64,000 bases of DNA, from the NCBI RefSeq assembly GCF_006345805.1, contig NC_042997.1, positions 205,654,001 through 205,718,000 of the forward strand, in the 5' to 3' direction. A program made the translations under genes and the position numbers. The stretch comes from Octopus sinensis. Taxonomy: Eukaryota. Positions 24,454-37,241 of the stretch are shown here, piece by piece. Numbering within the stretch: the stretch's first letter is position 1; each line of letters starts with the position of its first letter. The notes beneath the pieces were generated by a model. That model was given only the letters and a program-made list of their open reading frames with translations, was not told the origin of the DNA and searched no databases.

Positions 24454-26222
24454 TCTATCGCTCCACCACCGTACATATCTCTATGAGATATTTAGAAATT
24501 TAATATTTCTGATATATTATATATATATATATGCAAGGTGTTAATATTTGTTTACACATCTCTAAAGAAATTTGATGCATAAGCACATTAGTGACAGAGG
24601 CAGTAGTAAAGCCAAGAGATGCAATATTTCATCCCCACTTAAACATGGCTGTCCTGTTAGTACCAACTTTACTGTGGTAGATGCCATGAGCTAAACCCTA
24701 ACATTGGACTTTTGGTGCAAGATAATTCCCTACTACCTCCAGCACTGGGACAAAAAGATCACATAATATCCACCTTGTTTGGACCTTGTCAATGATGGAC
24801 ACATGATCACTAGGGAGTGTCAATCTATATAACGCTGGAGGGGAGATGAATTACTGCTGTCTCTAGCAGTCGAGTGTCCATCATCGATAAGTTCAAACAA
24901 GGTGGAAATCACATGAACTGGTGGCCTTGGTGCTGAAGATTTATCTTTTTGCTACTGATATGAAGAAGAGGGCATTCCAAAAAGCCTATGTGAGGGTTTC
25001 TCTCATGGCAATTACCATACTAAAGTTGGTTCTCAGGGAACATCCTTGTTTAAACGGGGATAAATATTACCTCACACTAATAACTGACTGCATGGGAATG
25101 AAGAACAGTTGCAAGAAGAAGCAAAGAAAGAGGTCTTTACGTGGTCACTTGATCTGCTAAAATTAACAGCCAAATCTCTCTCACATCATACCTTGCTACC
25201 TTATAGTGTTTTGTGAATAAATGTGGGAAGTCTTAGCTAGAGAATGTACCTTGGGTCTTTATTTGGGACTTCTTCGTGCACAATGGAAACAACTTGGATT
25301 ACTTGAAACATTCTTCAGAACATCTGGAAATTGAATATTTCAAAGTGGACAAGGCTTGTCAGGGTCAAGTGTAAAGAGCTTCAACATCACCTTGATGGTA
25401 AATTCACCAGGCTTTTTAAAGGGCACTGGACCAAAGAGGAAATTTGTGGACATATTCCATCCATCCTGGCTTTTGATGCTCAATAAAGTATAGGGTTTGC
25501 TGACCAAGGCTATTTTGCTGAACCGTTGACCATATCAGATGTTAGATTTTGGAGATTTCCATACTTGGATAGGGAGAAAGTTCCACCCAATTACAACTGA
25601 TGTTATTGCAAGAGTCCCAGAACCAGAAACGGAGAGAAAGGGGGAAGGGGGACAGAGGTAATTGGTTTGGCATTTGTGAAATGGATCTTGGTTGTGGCAG
25701 CTAGGAATAGGAGGGGGAGGAGGGAGGAGGAGGAATAGAAAGGAAAGAAGAGAAGGAAGACATACAAGTATCTCTGCAGAATCAGGACCGACTCAGGGTC
25801 CAAAAAAAAAATACAACAACAACAACAACAAGCAAATCATTTTTAGCTTCAAATGTTACAATGCAATATTTCAGAAGCAAGAATTTGGTGATGGGAAATG
25901 GTATAATGAAAGGATAAAGCACAACAAGACATAATGAACAGCATTAAAGGTAGCATGAAGAAAGGTACCCAGGACATGCTGTGAAGTGGTTGGCACTAGG
26001 AATGGCATCCAGCCATAGAAACCATGCCAAAGAAGACACTGGGGTTCAATAAACCCTTGTGGCTCTTTGAAGCCAGTCAAAATGTTGCACCCATGAAAGT
26101 ATGGAACAAGGGCTGTAAGTGAGGATCGTTTCTATTTTCTTTTCTTTATTGCGGAATATTGGTTTTTGGTAAATTCCAAGAATATCAACATCAAACAACA
26201 AACAATAAATACATCAACCAAC

Positions 26223-26450
26223 CTTTACTACTTCTGTATCTTGAGGATAAACCACAAAGCAAACGTCTTTGATCCGGCTTGAATTTAGATTTGAGTAGCT
26301 TTTCACTGCTTCATACATAGTTCTGGGTAGTTCTTCAACAGGGTACTTCAATACCCCAGCTCCTAATATAGGAAATGCAAGACTTTTTGCTCCCAATTCC
26401 TCAGCATTTTCCAGACAAGTGGTTATTATTTGAGTCAAGTTTGCCAGAAT
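26223..26450 (-). CDS. Macrodomain module 1, exon C (PARP14/15-like macro C-terminal half)
   Basis: ttattag| acceptor, |gttggt donor, 228 nt, phase 0-0; ILANLTQIITTCLENAEELGAKSLAFPILGAGVLKYP...IKDVCFVVYP. Confidence 0.9.
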
Positions 26451-27061
26451 CTAATAAGAAATAATTGTTTGGTAATTGATAATGAACATTTTATTAAATT
26501 ATTTTCTTATTACAGGAAGAAACCATTAAGTTGTAATAAATATATCCTCCTCTCACAACTCCTCTCACTCCTACCACTTCTAAACACAACTGTCATTCCT
26601 ATCACTCTTTAGTCCTGCAAGGGACAAGGCAACCTCACTCATGATGCTGCTACAATAAAACAGACTCAATCCACCATGTTAAATGGTTGGTGAATGAAGA
26701 GAGACAATGCAGACCCAAGAGGAGTCTTTAGTGTTGTTGAGGACATGACAACCTCTCTAGTGCTCGTGCCATGACAGAGAAAAACTCACCAATACAGACA
26801 GTAAAACAGAGAAATATGTTTTAATATAGTCTTATTTATCAGTCACATAACTGTTGTTAGGCCATGAGGCTTTTTTCCTTCTATTTATATATAAAAGTGT
26901 CCTGTTCATCGATATCTTCTGCTTCCTTCCAATGATAACTTGGAAGAACAAATATTAAACAGGATGCTGACATTTGCTTTATGATTCTCACACAACATGC
27001 ATAAGGTTCTCTTCAAACATTAACTGTTTCAATAAATCAATATTATATGATTGATACTTAC

Positions 27062-27289
27062 TTTATTAGAGGAATATTCATCCCAGGGAGGTAATGCCAG
27101 ATGAAATACATTCTTACAGTTGAGGTTATATCCTTTAGTGATGGCTATTTTAAATGTAGAAATACCTTGAGGATATTTCTGGTTACATTCATATTGTATC
27201 TGTGAACCAGCAGCATTGAGAATAGATTTGGAGATAGCACCACAGTTAAGCTGGAGTTCTTTATTGGTGCTGTTAACGATGACATCAAC
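27062..27289 (-). CDS. Macrodomain module 1, exon B
   Basis: ttttgtag| acceptor, |gtaagt donor, 228 nt; VDVIVNSTNKELQLNCGAISKSILNAAGSQIQYEC...ITKGYNLNCKNVFH (not in the ORF track). Confidence 0.92.
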
Positions 27290-27570
27290 CTACAAAAGTA
27301 ATTAATGGTAAACAACTAAGGAACATTCTGTGGAGAGAAGAGAGATACATTGTTGCAGTTGATAATGTTGTTAAGAAAGGCTCTACAGAATGGCTGTAGT
27401 AAGTTTGAGGTTGTTAAAGTTAGCAAAAGATATACTCAAGATATCAGATGTGAAGGAAATAAAATGTTTGAGTTAGATTGAGAAAATGTTTTAATTAACT
27501 GTAATGATTCCTCATTTGCAACTGAAATAACAATTAAACGTAAATATGTTAAGTGAATCTATTTACTCAC

Positions 27571-27707
27571 AGATGCATTAGAAATTGAATCAGTCGATAG
27601 TTGTATTTTGATGCCAGCATTTTCTCTGGATGTCTCATTAGTTCTGGGCTCCACAGAAGAGGTTTCCTTTTGCGAAACATGAAGAGATGTGTTTGATGAT
27701 GTGGTGT
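27571..27707 (-). CDS. Macrodomain module 1, exon A (Ser/Thr linker + first strand)
   Basis: ttttcag| acceptor, |gtgagt donor, 137 nt, phase 1-0; DTTSS...GIKIQLSTDSISNAS joins VDVIVN in frame. Confidence 0.85.
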
Positions 27708-28569
27708 CTGAAAATAATAAACAAATATCAACATATGTACACTTTATACACACACACACACACACATATGTCATCATCATTTAACGTCCGTATATGTATT
27801 TCATGTTTGGATTTGGTTTGCAAGATTCTTTATGTGAGTTTGTGTGTTGAAGCATATTCTGTTGTGTCTGGGGAGAGTCATTTTCTTTTGGTGCCTTATA
27901 ATTTAACATACTCACTGCCAAAAATTTCCACTTATTTCTCCTTTTTATTTTGTTCAAATTTTCATTGCATCTTGCAACCTTTTCAATAGTCTTGACTCTG
28001 TCCGTTATTTACACTGCGTTCCTTTTTGTTTGTTTGTGCGCATGTGTGTGGGTCAGTGTGTGTGTGTGTCTATGCATGCATGTGTGTGTGTATGCATATG
28101 TATATATGTATGTATGTGTGTGCATCTGTATGTATGTAATCTGCATATTCATGTGCTTGCATGTCCGTGTTTGCGTATGTTTTGTGTATGTGTGTGTGAG
28201 TGTGTTTGTGTATATATGCACCTCTGTCTCCTTGTGTGTGTGTGTGTGTGTGTTTTGCCACTTTGTACCATGTTTGTATGTATGGATGTGCATTTCTATA
28301 TGTGTGGACACGTATCTCCATATGTGTCCTTGTGTGGAGTAAAGCGTGTGTGTACATATGTTCTTGTGTTTCAGTATCCATTTGTGTATGTGTGCCTGTT
28401 TGTTCATATAACCTATGTACCTATCCATCTGTATGTTGATCTGTTTATTTTCATATCCATATGCTTACATACATGTGCATATACACATATGTACCCACAC
28501 ACACACACATACATACCTCAATCTACATAACAGCCCACTAACTATTCTACTCTACCTGTGTAAACTGTG

Positions 28570-29640
28570 GGTATGGGCGTATGGTATCTACCATGTATAT
28601 TTCCTATTTAGTATTAGGAAAGTTTCATTTATAAGGACGTACTCCCGTATTTGTCTGAGTGTTGGGTCTTTTGATTGCTTGGATGAGATGCAGATGTCAA
28701 GTTGACCCAAGTTGCCTCCATGATGGTCTTTGGGATGTTGGTAGAGTATGGAGGACTGCTTTTTGTTGTCATATTGTCTCAAATGTTCATTTAGTCTTTC
28801 AGCTATGCTCCTAGATGTCTCCCCTATGTAAGTCATGTTCATGTCTTTACAGGCACCTTCTAAGCATCATATGCTGTAAACTACATTTCGAGTTCTACAG
28901 TTAATGCCAGGGCTAATCCTACATACCATGCAGTTATCATTGGTGCATATGGTATTCTTAAAGGGGTACGTCCTACATAGTTATGATCTGACGGAGTTCC
29001 CTGGCTTTTCAACAATCTTAATGTCGGGTTTGGTCTCCTTCAGAGCTTCCCTAAATCTACAGGCTAGTTCTCCATGGGATTTGGCCTCTACAAACATCAC
29101 TCCTTGATATTTCTCACTTTTATACCATGTGTTCACCCCGTTTGCTTTGTCACAAGTTCTTTGTATCCTATTCCATTCTTTGTTTCTATATCTAGGGCAG
29201 CTACCACTGGTATCATTACGTATAATGTTATCAGATTTATTTCTAGCACCCCTGTACACTCGAACCCTATCTTTTTGATCATATCCAGAGAACTGCATGC
29301 GGTGCATGAAGTTCTGTATGTGTTTTGTCGTTTCATAGGGTTCGCATAGTGGGGACACATTGTTCATTATTCTAATTAAGTCTGCTATCAGTATGGTTTA
29401 ATTTCCATGTTGTATGAGAAAGGTGAGTTCTTGTGAACGACATAGTTTGAAGTTATGGGTTCCATGTAATAAGAGTGGAGGAGCTGCACTCTTTTGTTCA
29501 CAGTCTCTAACCCAAGTTCAGTATCAAGTACAGGGAGTCCATTGTTGGGGTGCTTAGTGGGGTTTAATCTATAGTTACCTTGATACTTTGGTGGATGGAG
29601 TTAGCTATTTGCTGGAGGCTCTCCATTACGTTCTTCTCAG
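28570..29640 (-). mobile_element. Penelope-like element remnant (RT thumb + GIY-YIG)
   Basis: LPVLD, RMQFSGY, CRTRNVVYSI*C, YIGETSRSIAERLNEH. Confidence 0.8.
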
Positions 29641-29798
29641 TTTCTACATTAAGCGGACATTTCACCAGTGAGTGTGTAAAATTATAAGGCACAAAAAGAA
29701 AATGACCCTCCCCCGAGACACAACAGTATATATATATATATATATATATAAGCAACAGTAACTTCAAAAACCAGCCAACCATACACTTAACGCTTTAC

Positions 29799-29940
29799 CA
29801 GTCTGGGGTGCACATAGGCCAAATTGACTAAATCATTAGTTTTATTTGGATGCCATCATATTTTCTGGATGTCACTTTAGTTCTGGGTGTCATAGAGGAC
29901 GATTCCTGTTGAGGACTAAGAAGGTCTGATGGTTTGGTTC
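29799..29940 (-). pseudogene. Exon-A-like paralogous exon with in-frame stop (unit 1)
   Basis: ttttcag| acceptor; GTKPSDLLSPQQESSSMTPRTKVTSRKYDGIQIKLMI*SI aligns to exon A; 3' end uncertain. Confidence 0.6.
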
Positions 29941-30089
29941 CTGAAAATTAACAAATATAAACATACATACACACACACAAACATACACATTTTCAATCAT
30001 AAAGTCTGCTCTATTCTTTAGGTTGTGCTTCTCATTCTGATATATGTTATATTGATAATTCATATATATATATATATATCTTAGCTGGG

Positions 30090-30620
30090 CATAAGAACCA
30101 TCAGATGTGGTGTACAAGAGAGACAACTGCACACGACATCTGAAGAAGTTCCAATCTCTACCAGTGGGAGGAAGCTGTAGAAGAGGGAGGCCCAGGAAGA
30201 CATGGAATGAGGTGCTTAAGCATAATCATCAAATGATGGGCTACATGGAAGCAATGACTAGTGGTCGAGACCTTTGGCGATATGTCATACTTGAGAAGAC
30301 ATATCAAGCCAAATGAAATCATAGCTGTGGTCTTTGTAGGTGTCACCTACCTGCCAGCCATGCCAGTCTCACGTAAAAAGTACCATTTGGGGGTTGTGCC
30401 TCATAGAGGCCATGTGGTTGATGCTGGCATCATGTATCTAGCATCCATGCTGGTGGTAAATAAAAGCAGCCATTACATTGGTGGTTAGGAAAGGTATCCA
30501 GCTGTAGAAACCATACCATGTCAGACTGGAGATGGTGTAGCCCCTCACCTTGCCAGCCCCAGTCAAACCGTCCAACCCATGCCAGCATGGACAATGGATG
30601 CTAAATGATGATGATCATGA
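30090..30620 (+). mobile_element. Old RTE 3' fragment and tail
   Basis: GSCRRGRPRKTWNEV, then tail ending in (GAT)n. Confidence 0.8.
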
Positions 30621-32363
30621 TGTACATACGTATAGGCATGCCATCATCAGCATTATCCCCATCTACATTTCATGTCCATGCTGGCATAAGTTGAACAAAA
30701 TGATATATAAAGACACATTTGTCACAGCAAAAGTCATGTCCAAAAACTGTGATATATATTCCTGTCCATGCTGGGCCTTACGCCCACATTTGCCCCTGTG
30801 AAGCATCCCCTTCACCACATCTCATCTTCCTAACACCCACCCCTCTATTATACTCTTCTAACTATGGTCCTACTTTACTGCTGTAACCATTTGAGAGCAT
30901 TCATCACCACCCAAACCCTTTCATTAATACCAGTTGCATCTCTTTCATCATCATCTCCATCCATACAACCTTCCATCGATCATCCCTTTCTGTCCCTTCC
31001 CTAATCTTTCCCACCCATCCCTCTTAGCTACACCTTACTCTGCCAGGTTTCCTGTTGAACACTTCTCCTATCTGCAATCATTCTCAACACCCTCTCACAG
31101 CCATTGCTAATAATCCCTCCAATTTTCTGGCCCCACTCACTATAGCCACCCCCATGTATCTCTGACTCCCATCTCTTTCACAGTTCATCATCTCTGCTTT
31201 CCCTCTGCTGTCAGATCCTGGTCTTCATCTCTCTTCCTCCTCATCTATCAACAGATTGATGATTCTGCTGCTCTCCACCCTTCCTCTGAGGCTTTTTGTC
31301 ACCTCCTCCTTTCCGAGCCCCGTCAGTCTATCAACTCCACCTCAAACCATTGTTCCTCACTCTCTACAACCACCTCAAGCCCCATCTCTAACCTCTGCAC
31401 TTTTCATCTCACACTCTGATGCCATTACCCTCCCATTCCTTCTTTACTCATCCACAGTCTCCCTTATACTCCCCTTCTTGTAACTTGGGACTATGCTCTG
31501 GCACTCTATTACCACCATCTTTCTTCCTTCCAGATACTGTCATGCACCTTTGCATAAATATAAGGACGCCACGAGTCTCCTCTAGATCTATGTGCTTAAG
31601 CCTCTGGCAAACTTTAGACTTTCTAGCCCTGGCCTCAAGCCACCTCCCCACTCCCCAGTTCCATCAGGGGGCTTGCAAGATACTTGGTAACCTCACCAGT
31701 GCTGGTGCCATGAGAAAAGCAGGTTCCAGTCCACACTCTAAAATGGTTGGCATTATGTTGAGTATTCTAACTCTGAATATTCTTCGACCAAAGTAGATGG
31801 GGATGACAATGTGTTTGTCCCTTGCTAGGATGGCCGTCCAGTTATTTTTGGTCTCCTCCTCTGAGACAGACTGCACTTTGACAGTCCCATATTTCTTTCT
31901 TTAACCTGGCTACGTAGGCTTTGCTTTTCTAAACTGCTTCTAGGTATTTCTCTATTTGCTGCTGTGTTGCCTGCTCCACTTCCCTTCTTTTGACTTCAGT
32001 TGTTTTATATAGGACTGTCCACAAATTAATTTTTTGCGGGGCCAGTTCTATGAATGTTTAATACCATTTTTCTGCTACATTTTGCACTCTTGAATTCATT
32101 TCCATCAATAAAAAATGTCTTCACTTAATTCTGTGGTTACTCTTGCAAAGTTGAAATTGTTACGACTAGATTTGCATGTCTCATTCTTCCTCATTTTCTC
32201 TCTCTCTCTCTCCTCTTGTTTTTCCTCTGCCTAGGTAACCAAATACCTCCTTCACACCAGCACACCAATTTATGGCCTTTTTTGCGTACCTCTTTCTCTG
32301 TCCCTCGGTAACCATGTCTCTCCTCTATAGCAAGACATCTCTCTCTGCTTCTTTATTTCTCCG

Positions 32364-32826
32364 TCACACTCTAACACTTCATCATCTACTACTGGATCAC
32401 CTCCTCCAATGCCCTCTCTGCTATGGCAAGACCCCTCTTTCTGTCTCTCTGTCACACTCTAACACTTCATCATCTACTACTGGATCACCTCCTCCAATGC
32501 CCTCTCTGCTATGGCAAGACCCCTCTTTCTGTCTCTCTGTCACACTCTAACATTTCATCATCTACTACTGGATCACCTCCTCCAATGCCCTCTCTGTTAT
32601 GGCAAGACCCCTCTTTCTGTCTCTCTGTCACACTCTAACATTTCATCATCTACTACTGGATCACCACCTCCAATGCCCTCTCTGTTATGGCAAGACCCCT
32701 CTTTCTGTCTCTCTGTCACACTCTAACATTTCATCATCTACTACTGGATCACCACCTCCAATGCCCTCTCTGTTATGGCAAGACCCCTCTTTCTGTCTCT
32801 CTGTCACACTCTAACCTTTCATCATC
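32364..32826. repeat. 88-bp minisatellite, ~5 copies (unit 1)
   Basis: tcacactctaacatttcatcatctactactggatcacctcctccaatgccctctctgttatggcaagacccctctttctgtctctctg repeated. Confidence 0.95.
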
Positions 32827-33289
32827 TGACACAAGCTCTCCTCTTGCCCCTCTCATAATTCATTATCTTGGTGACCCTGCCAGCACTGGTGCCATGTAAA
32901 AAGCATCCACTGCACACTGTGAAATGGCTTGCATTTGGAAGGGCATCTAGCTGCAAAAATAATGCCAAAACTAACTTTGTTGTGCTAGTTCCACGTAAAA
33001 TGTACTGAGTCCACTCTGCTGAGTGGTTGGTGTTAGGAAGTGCATCCAGCTGTAAAATTCCTGCCAAACAGACAGAGTAGCGAAGGGTAGTTATTTTCCA
33101 CCTTGCCGGCTCCTGTCAACTGTCCAATCCATGCATGCTTAGAAAACAGATGTTAAACGATGATGATGATGATGATGTTGGCAGTGGTACTGGCAAACCT
33201 GCTGCAGCTGCACCTGATAACACAGGAACTTGAGGTAAACATGAATTCTGATCACGAACAGCCGACGAGAGAGAAGAAACCCTACTCCG

Positions 33290-34180
33290 TATGGAATTAC
33301 ATGGTCAGTTCCACTGTGGAACCAACAAATTAAAAGACAAAGAAGCATCATAGAGGTGGCGCAACAAGGGTGACCTAATCAAAAATACTGAAAGCCTAAT
33401 CATTTGGGCCCAGGACTCAGTGGAAAAGAATATATACCACACAAGTGCAACGGATCTCTGCAGAATGTCTAGGAAGAGGGTTGAAAGTGTGACTCACTGT
33501 TAGTGCTTGAGAAAGTCATGCGCAGGAAGAGTACATGCGTAGACACGACAAAGTAGCCCAAAACCTCCACTGGCTACTATGCCATAAGTATGGATATGAG
33601 GTTATGGGTGCTTGGTACCAACATACACCAAAAAAAGTAATGAACGAAAAGGGGAAGGCAAAAATCCTCTGGGACTTTGATTTCCAGACAGACAAAGTGT
33701 TAGAGAACTGAAGGCCAGATATAGAAACCTTTAGAAGGGACAAACAAAAGTGCCAAATAATCGATTTGGCAGGGCCAGGAGATCAACACATCATCATGAA
33801 ATAAAGAGAAAAAGGTTGATAAATATGGAAACCTGAGAATTGAGATTGCTAAGATGTGGCAGGTACAAGAGTCGAACATAAAGGTTATCCCTATTGTCAT
33901 TGGAGAATTGGGTTCATTACGATCCAAACTGAAAAAAAACATCTGAAGTCCTTAGAGATACTCCGCAATCTAGATGTATTGCAAAAGTCAGCATTACTTG
34001 GAATTGTGTAAAGTATTGTCTGCCAGAGGTCCTTCTTGTGACTTGACAAACACTGCAAACCCCGAGTAGACACAATATCTTCGATCAACAATCTCACGAT
34101 ATTGTATACTGTGCCACATCTATAATAATAATAGCAATCATAATAATAATAGTAATAATAATAATAATAATAATAATCAT
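33290..34180 (+). mobile_element. R4/Dong-like non-LTR 3' remnant (CCHC + restriction-like endonuclease) ending in (TAA)n
   Basis: CRM, RRHDKVA, KILWDFDFQTD, RPDI, IID, KVIPIVIG, LQKSALLG; frameshifted. Confidence 0.8.
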
Positions 34181-34209
34181 TAATCATTAATAATTAATAA
34201 TAATCATCA

Positions 34210-34580
34210 TCATTATTTAGTGTCCGCTTTCCATGCTAGCATGGGTTGGACCGTTCAACTGGGGTCTGGGAAGCCAGAAGGCTGCACCAGGCGCAGTCTG
34301 ATCTGGCAGTGTTTCTATGGCTGGATGCCCTTCCTAACGCCAACCACTCCGTGAGTGTAGTGGGAGCTTTTTACGTGCCACCGGCACAGGTGCCAGACGG
34401 GGCTGGCAACGGCCACGATCGGATGGTGCTTTTTATGTGCCACCGGGACAGATGCCAGACGGGGCTGGCAAACGGTCATGGACGGATGGTGCTTTTTACG
34501 TCCACCGGCACGGGGGCCAGTCGGGCGGTGCTGGCAACGGCCACAGTCGGATGGTGCTTTTTATGTGCCACCGGCACAGA
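34210..34580 (-). mobile_element. RTE tail/SINE copy
   Basis: Homologous to 12061-12600. Confidence 0.85.
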
Positions 34581-35101
34581 ATGATAATAATGATATTAAC
34601 ATTAATCATATTTATAATAAACAGTGTTTAATAGAGACGGTGTGACAAAACACCATAATATTCAATATCAACAAACAAATTGTTTACCTTTTGAATGAAA
34701 TCTTTCCTTTTCCTGTTTATTCATCATTCCTTCATTTTCGCCTTTATTTTGGAGATATTCTTCAAATTTCTGCAAAATTTAAAACCATGAGAATCATTTT
34801 TGTTTAATTTTTTGCTTTTTTTAAAGAGAAGAGATTTAATTTAACAAAAGACAAACAAAATATTTAAAATATTTAATGATTTATTTCTAATCAGTAATAA
34901 GGAAATAAGGAAAATTACTTTGTCACTCAGATCAAAGATATTCCATCCACGACCTTCCAGTCTACTGGGAGACATGGTGTTATAGTGGATGTGGCAGAAA
35001 AACCTTCCACTGTGACCACTGATGTGGTGTTAGTGAAGTTAAACATGTGGCAATGGTGTCTTCATGTAGCTGAAGTTGTATTGTTTCTTCTCTCCACTCA
35101 C

Positions 35102-35183
35102 CATTCTCATTAAAACTGCTGAGTCTTGTGTTTGCTGTTGAAATGTCTATCAAGAATGTTGAAGTTGAGGTTCTTTGGTGCAT
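35102..35183 (-). CDS. Candidate linker exon D (unit 1)
   Basis: Strong aatg|gtgagt donor in phase 1; acceptor either aag| at 35184 (82 nt, phase 0-1) or gatag| at 35147 (45 nt, phase 1-1); frame open in both units. Confidence 0.45.
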
Positions 35184-36479
35184 CTTGTGTAGCCAAGAAT
35201 ATTTGAGGAACAAAAGCAGAGAACAAGGTAATTATTTTCATATTGTAAGCAAGAAGGAGGAGGTGGAGGAGGTCCAACAATTAGGGTCATGGTCATTCAT
35301 AAGAGAGATGACAAAGGAAAAGAGAAAAGATTCAAAAAGAAAGAACTTCACAAACAGTTCTACAGTGGACAGGAATTTCCCCTATTTCTTCATTACAGCA
35401 TATGGACATAAAGAATGCCTTTTGGTATTAACACTGCTTCTGTTGCTATTAATTATCTTTAATAAGCCTTCAGGCTATTTGTGACATCAGTGTCTATATA
35501 TCGTTGACAGGGAGATTTGGCTGTTATGTTGCTACAGGGTGTCTGTCACTGATGAACCTGAGCAGAGCGAAAATACATGATCTGGCAGTTCTGGTGCCTT
35601 TAGAAGATGATTGTTGTCTACCAACAATATAAATTTGCATGCATTTATGGACCGTACGTCCATATGAGAGGTCCTCTCAAGGTAAATAAGGCAGTATTTG
35701 AGGTTCTAACACAACATCCACATTTAGTTGGATATAAAGATTGCTTTTGGTATTAATACTGCTTCTGTTGCTATTACTTTTAATTACCTTGATTTAGGTT
35801 CAGTCTCAATGTATGGCACCTTGAGCAAGTGTCTTTAACTATAGCCTTAGGCCAATCAAAGCTCTGTGATTGAGTCTGGTAGGCAGTAAATGAGAGACGC
35901 CATTCATACATATGTGTGTGTGTCTCCTTGCCTTTACATTATTTGTTAGCTATAAACGAGTGTCCCTGTTATGCAAGCAGTGTCCTTTGTTTCTAATAGT
36001 TTGTGATGTTCTTTAAAATGCAGAAATAGTTACCTCCCTTGGAATGGGGTGAGGGTTGGTGACAGGAAAGGCATCAAGCCATAGAATATCTAACTCCACA
36101 AATTCTATTGCACATGGGTTGTGGTGGTGGTGGTGGTGGTGGTGGTGGTGGTGACGGAGATGATGGTGATGAATAGGATGCATTCTGTTCTCATTACTTT
36201 TATTGTATTTTTTCAAAAGCTGTTACTGAAATTTTATGATCATCATCATCATCATAAATATATAAGAATGTATTTATGTGCATGTCATTAGACAGAACCT
36301 AAAGCATTTTATATTTGAGCCTCGATCTGTCCCCCTCTTTCACGTATAGGCCTCACCCTGTTCTGTTCGGCCTTCTCCAATGGTGATGGGGAAAATGCAA
36401 ACAACTTTTGACAGAAAAATAAATTCAGTTGAGCTGCCCTTCCCCCACAAAATGGATGACAAAACAGGAAGAACAAACA

Positions 36480-36757
36480 CACCGGTCAACCGCAGTTAAT
36501 GACATTTTGATTCATTTACTGCTTCTCTTAACACTCTTTTAAATAACACTTGCAGGAAAATTTTTTTCCCAATTTTTCCTTCAGTTCTTCTGTAGACTTG
36601 TTTTTAACGTGACAACCATTTATTTTATTGCAGTAAAGATTTACAGGGAGGTACCATAAATTGAATAGTTCTAGCCAATCTGTACCAAACAGATAAATAA
36701 TTTTGCTTCATGTGTCTCTCCTCGAAATGTGACATCGATACATGTTTTCTCCATCAA
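36480..36757 (-). mobile_element. Gypsy (Mag-like) pol remnant
   Basis: LFGTDWLELFNLWYLPVNLYCN. Confidence 0.6.
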
Positions 36758-36759
36758 AG

Positions 36760-37140
36760 CTTTATATGGAAGAGTATGAAAAGTACTGGCATGGGTGGAC
36801 ATCAACAGAGGACTTTTCCAGGGGGACAGTGTGTCTCCACTGATTTCTTTTCACTGTGAATAAAACTCCTTAAGTGAAATACAGCAGATGACAAAGTTGG
36901 GGTTTGATGTGGGAAGAGGTAAGCAAAAACTTTACCAGCAGGCATTCAGGAATGACTCAAAATTGTTAACAAATAGTGAGACAGAACTGGACAGCTTAAT
37001 CCAGTCTGTGCAGATTTTTGTGAATGATATCAAGATGGAGTTTGGACTCTCAAAATGTGCTACAGTGGTGATGAGACCAAGTAAGCTTGCCAGGACAGAA
37101 GGCATACTGATGTCATGTGGGGAAATTTATAAAATGATTC
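36760..37140 (+). mobile_element. R4/Dong-like RT fragment
   Basis: INRGLFQGDSVSPL; ELDSLIQSVQIFVNDIKMEFGLSKCA. Confidence 0.75.
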
Positions 37141-37241
37141 CAGATTCTTGTTTCTATTTTCTTCATTTCTTGACGAATATGCTTTTGGTAAATTCCAAAG
37201 ATATCAACATCAAACAACAAACAACAAAAACATCAACCAAC

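Noticed and set aside
25565-25700. Possible next exon of the macrodomain gene (strong pyrimidine tract, phase 0-1)
   Set aside because: Translation shows no similarity to macro, WWE or PARP sequence, and the tract is a simple repeat; unsupported without RNA data
27950-28530. Cys/Val- or His/Thr-rich ORFs (also 38983-39563)
   Set aside because: Translations of degenerate (TG)n/(CA)n microsatellite
28860-28880. In-frame TGA in the Penelope GIY-YIG as selenocysteine
   Set aside because: The TGA falls at the variable position of VYxIxC rather than at a Cys, the endonuclease is C-terminal, and the element is otherwise decayed
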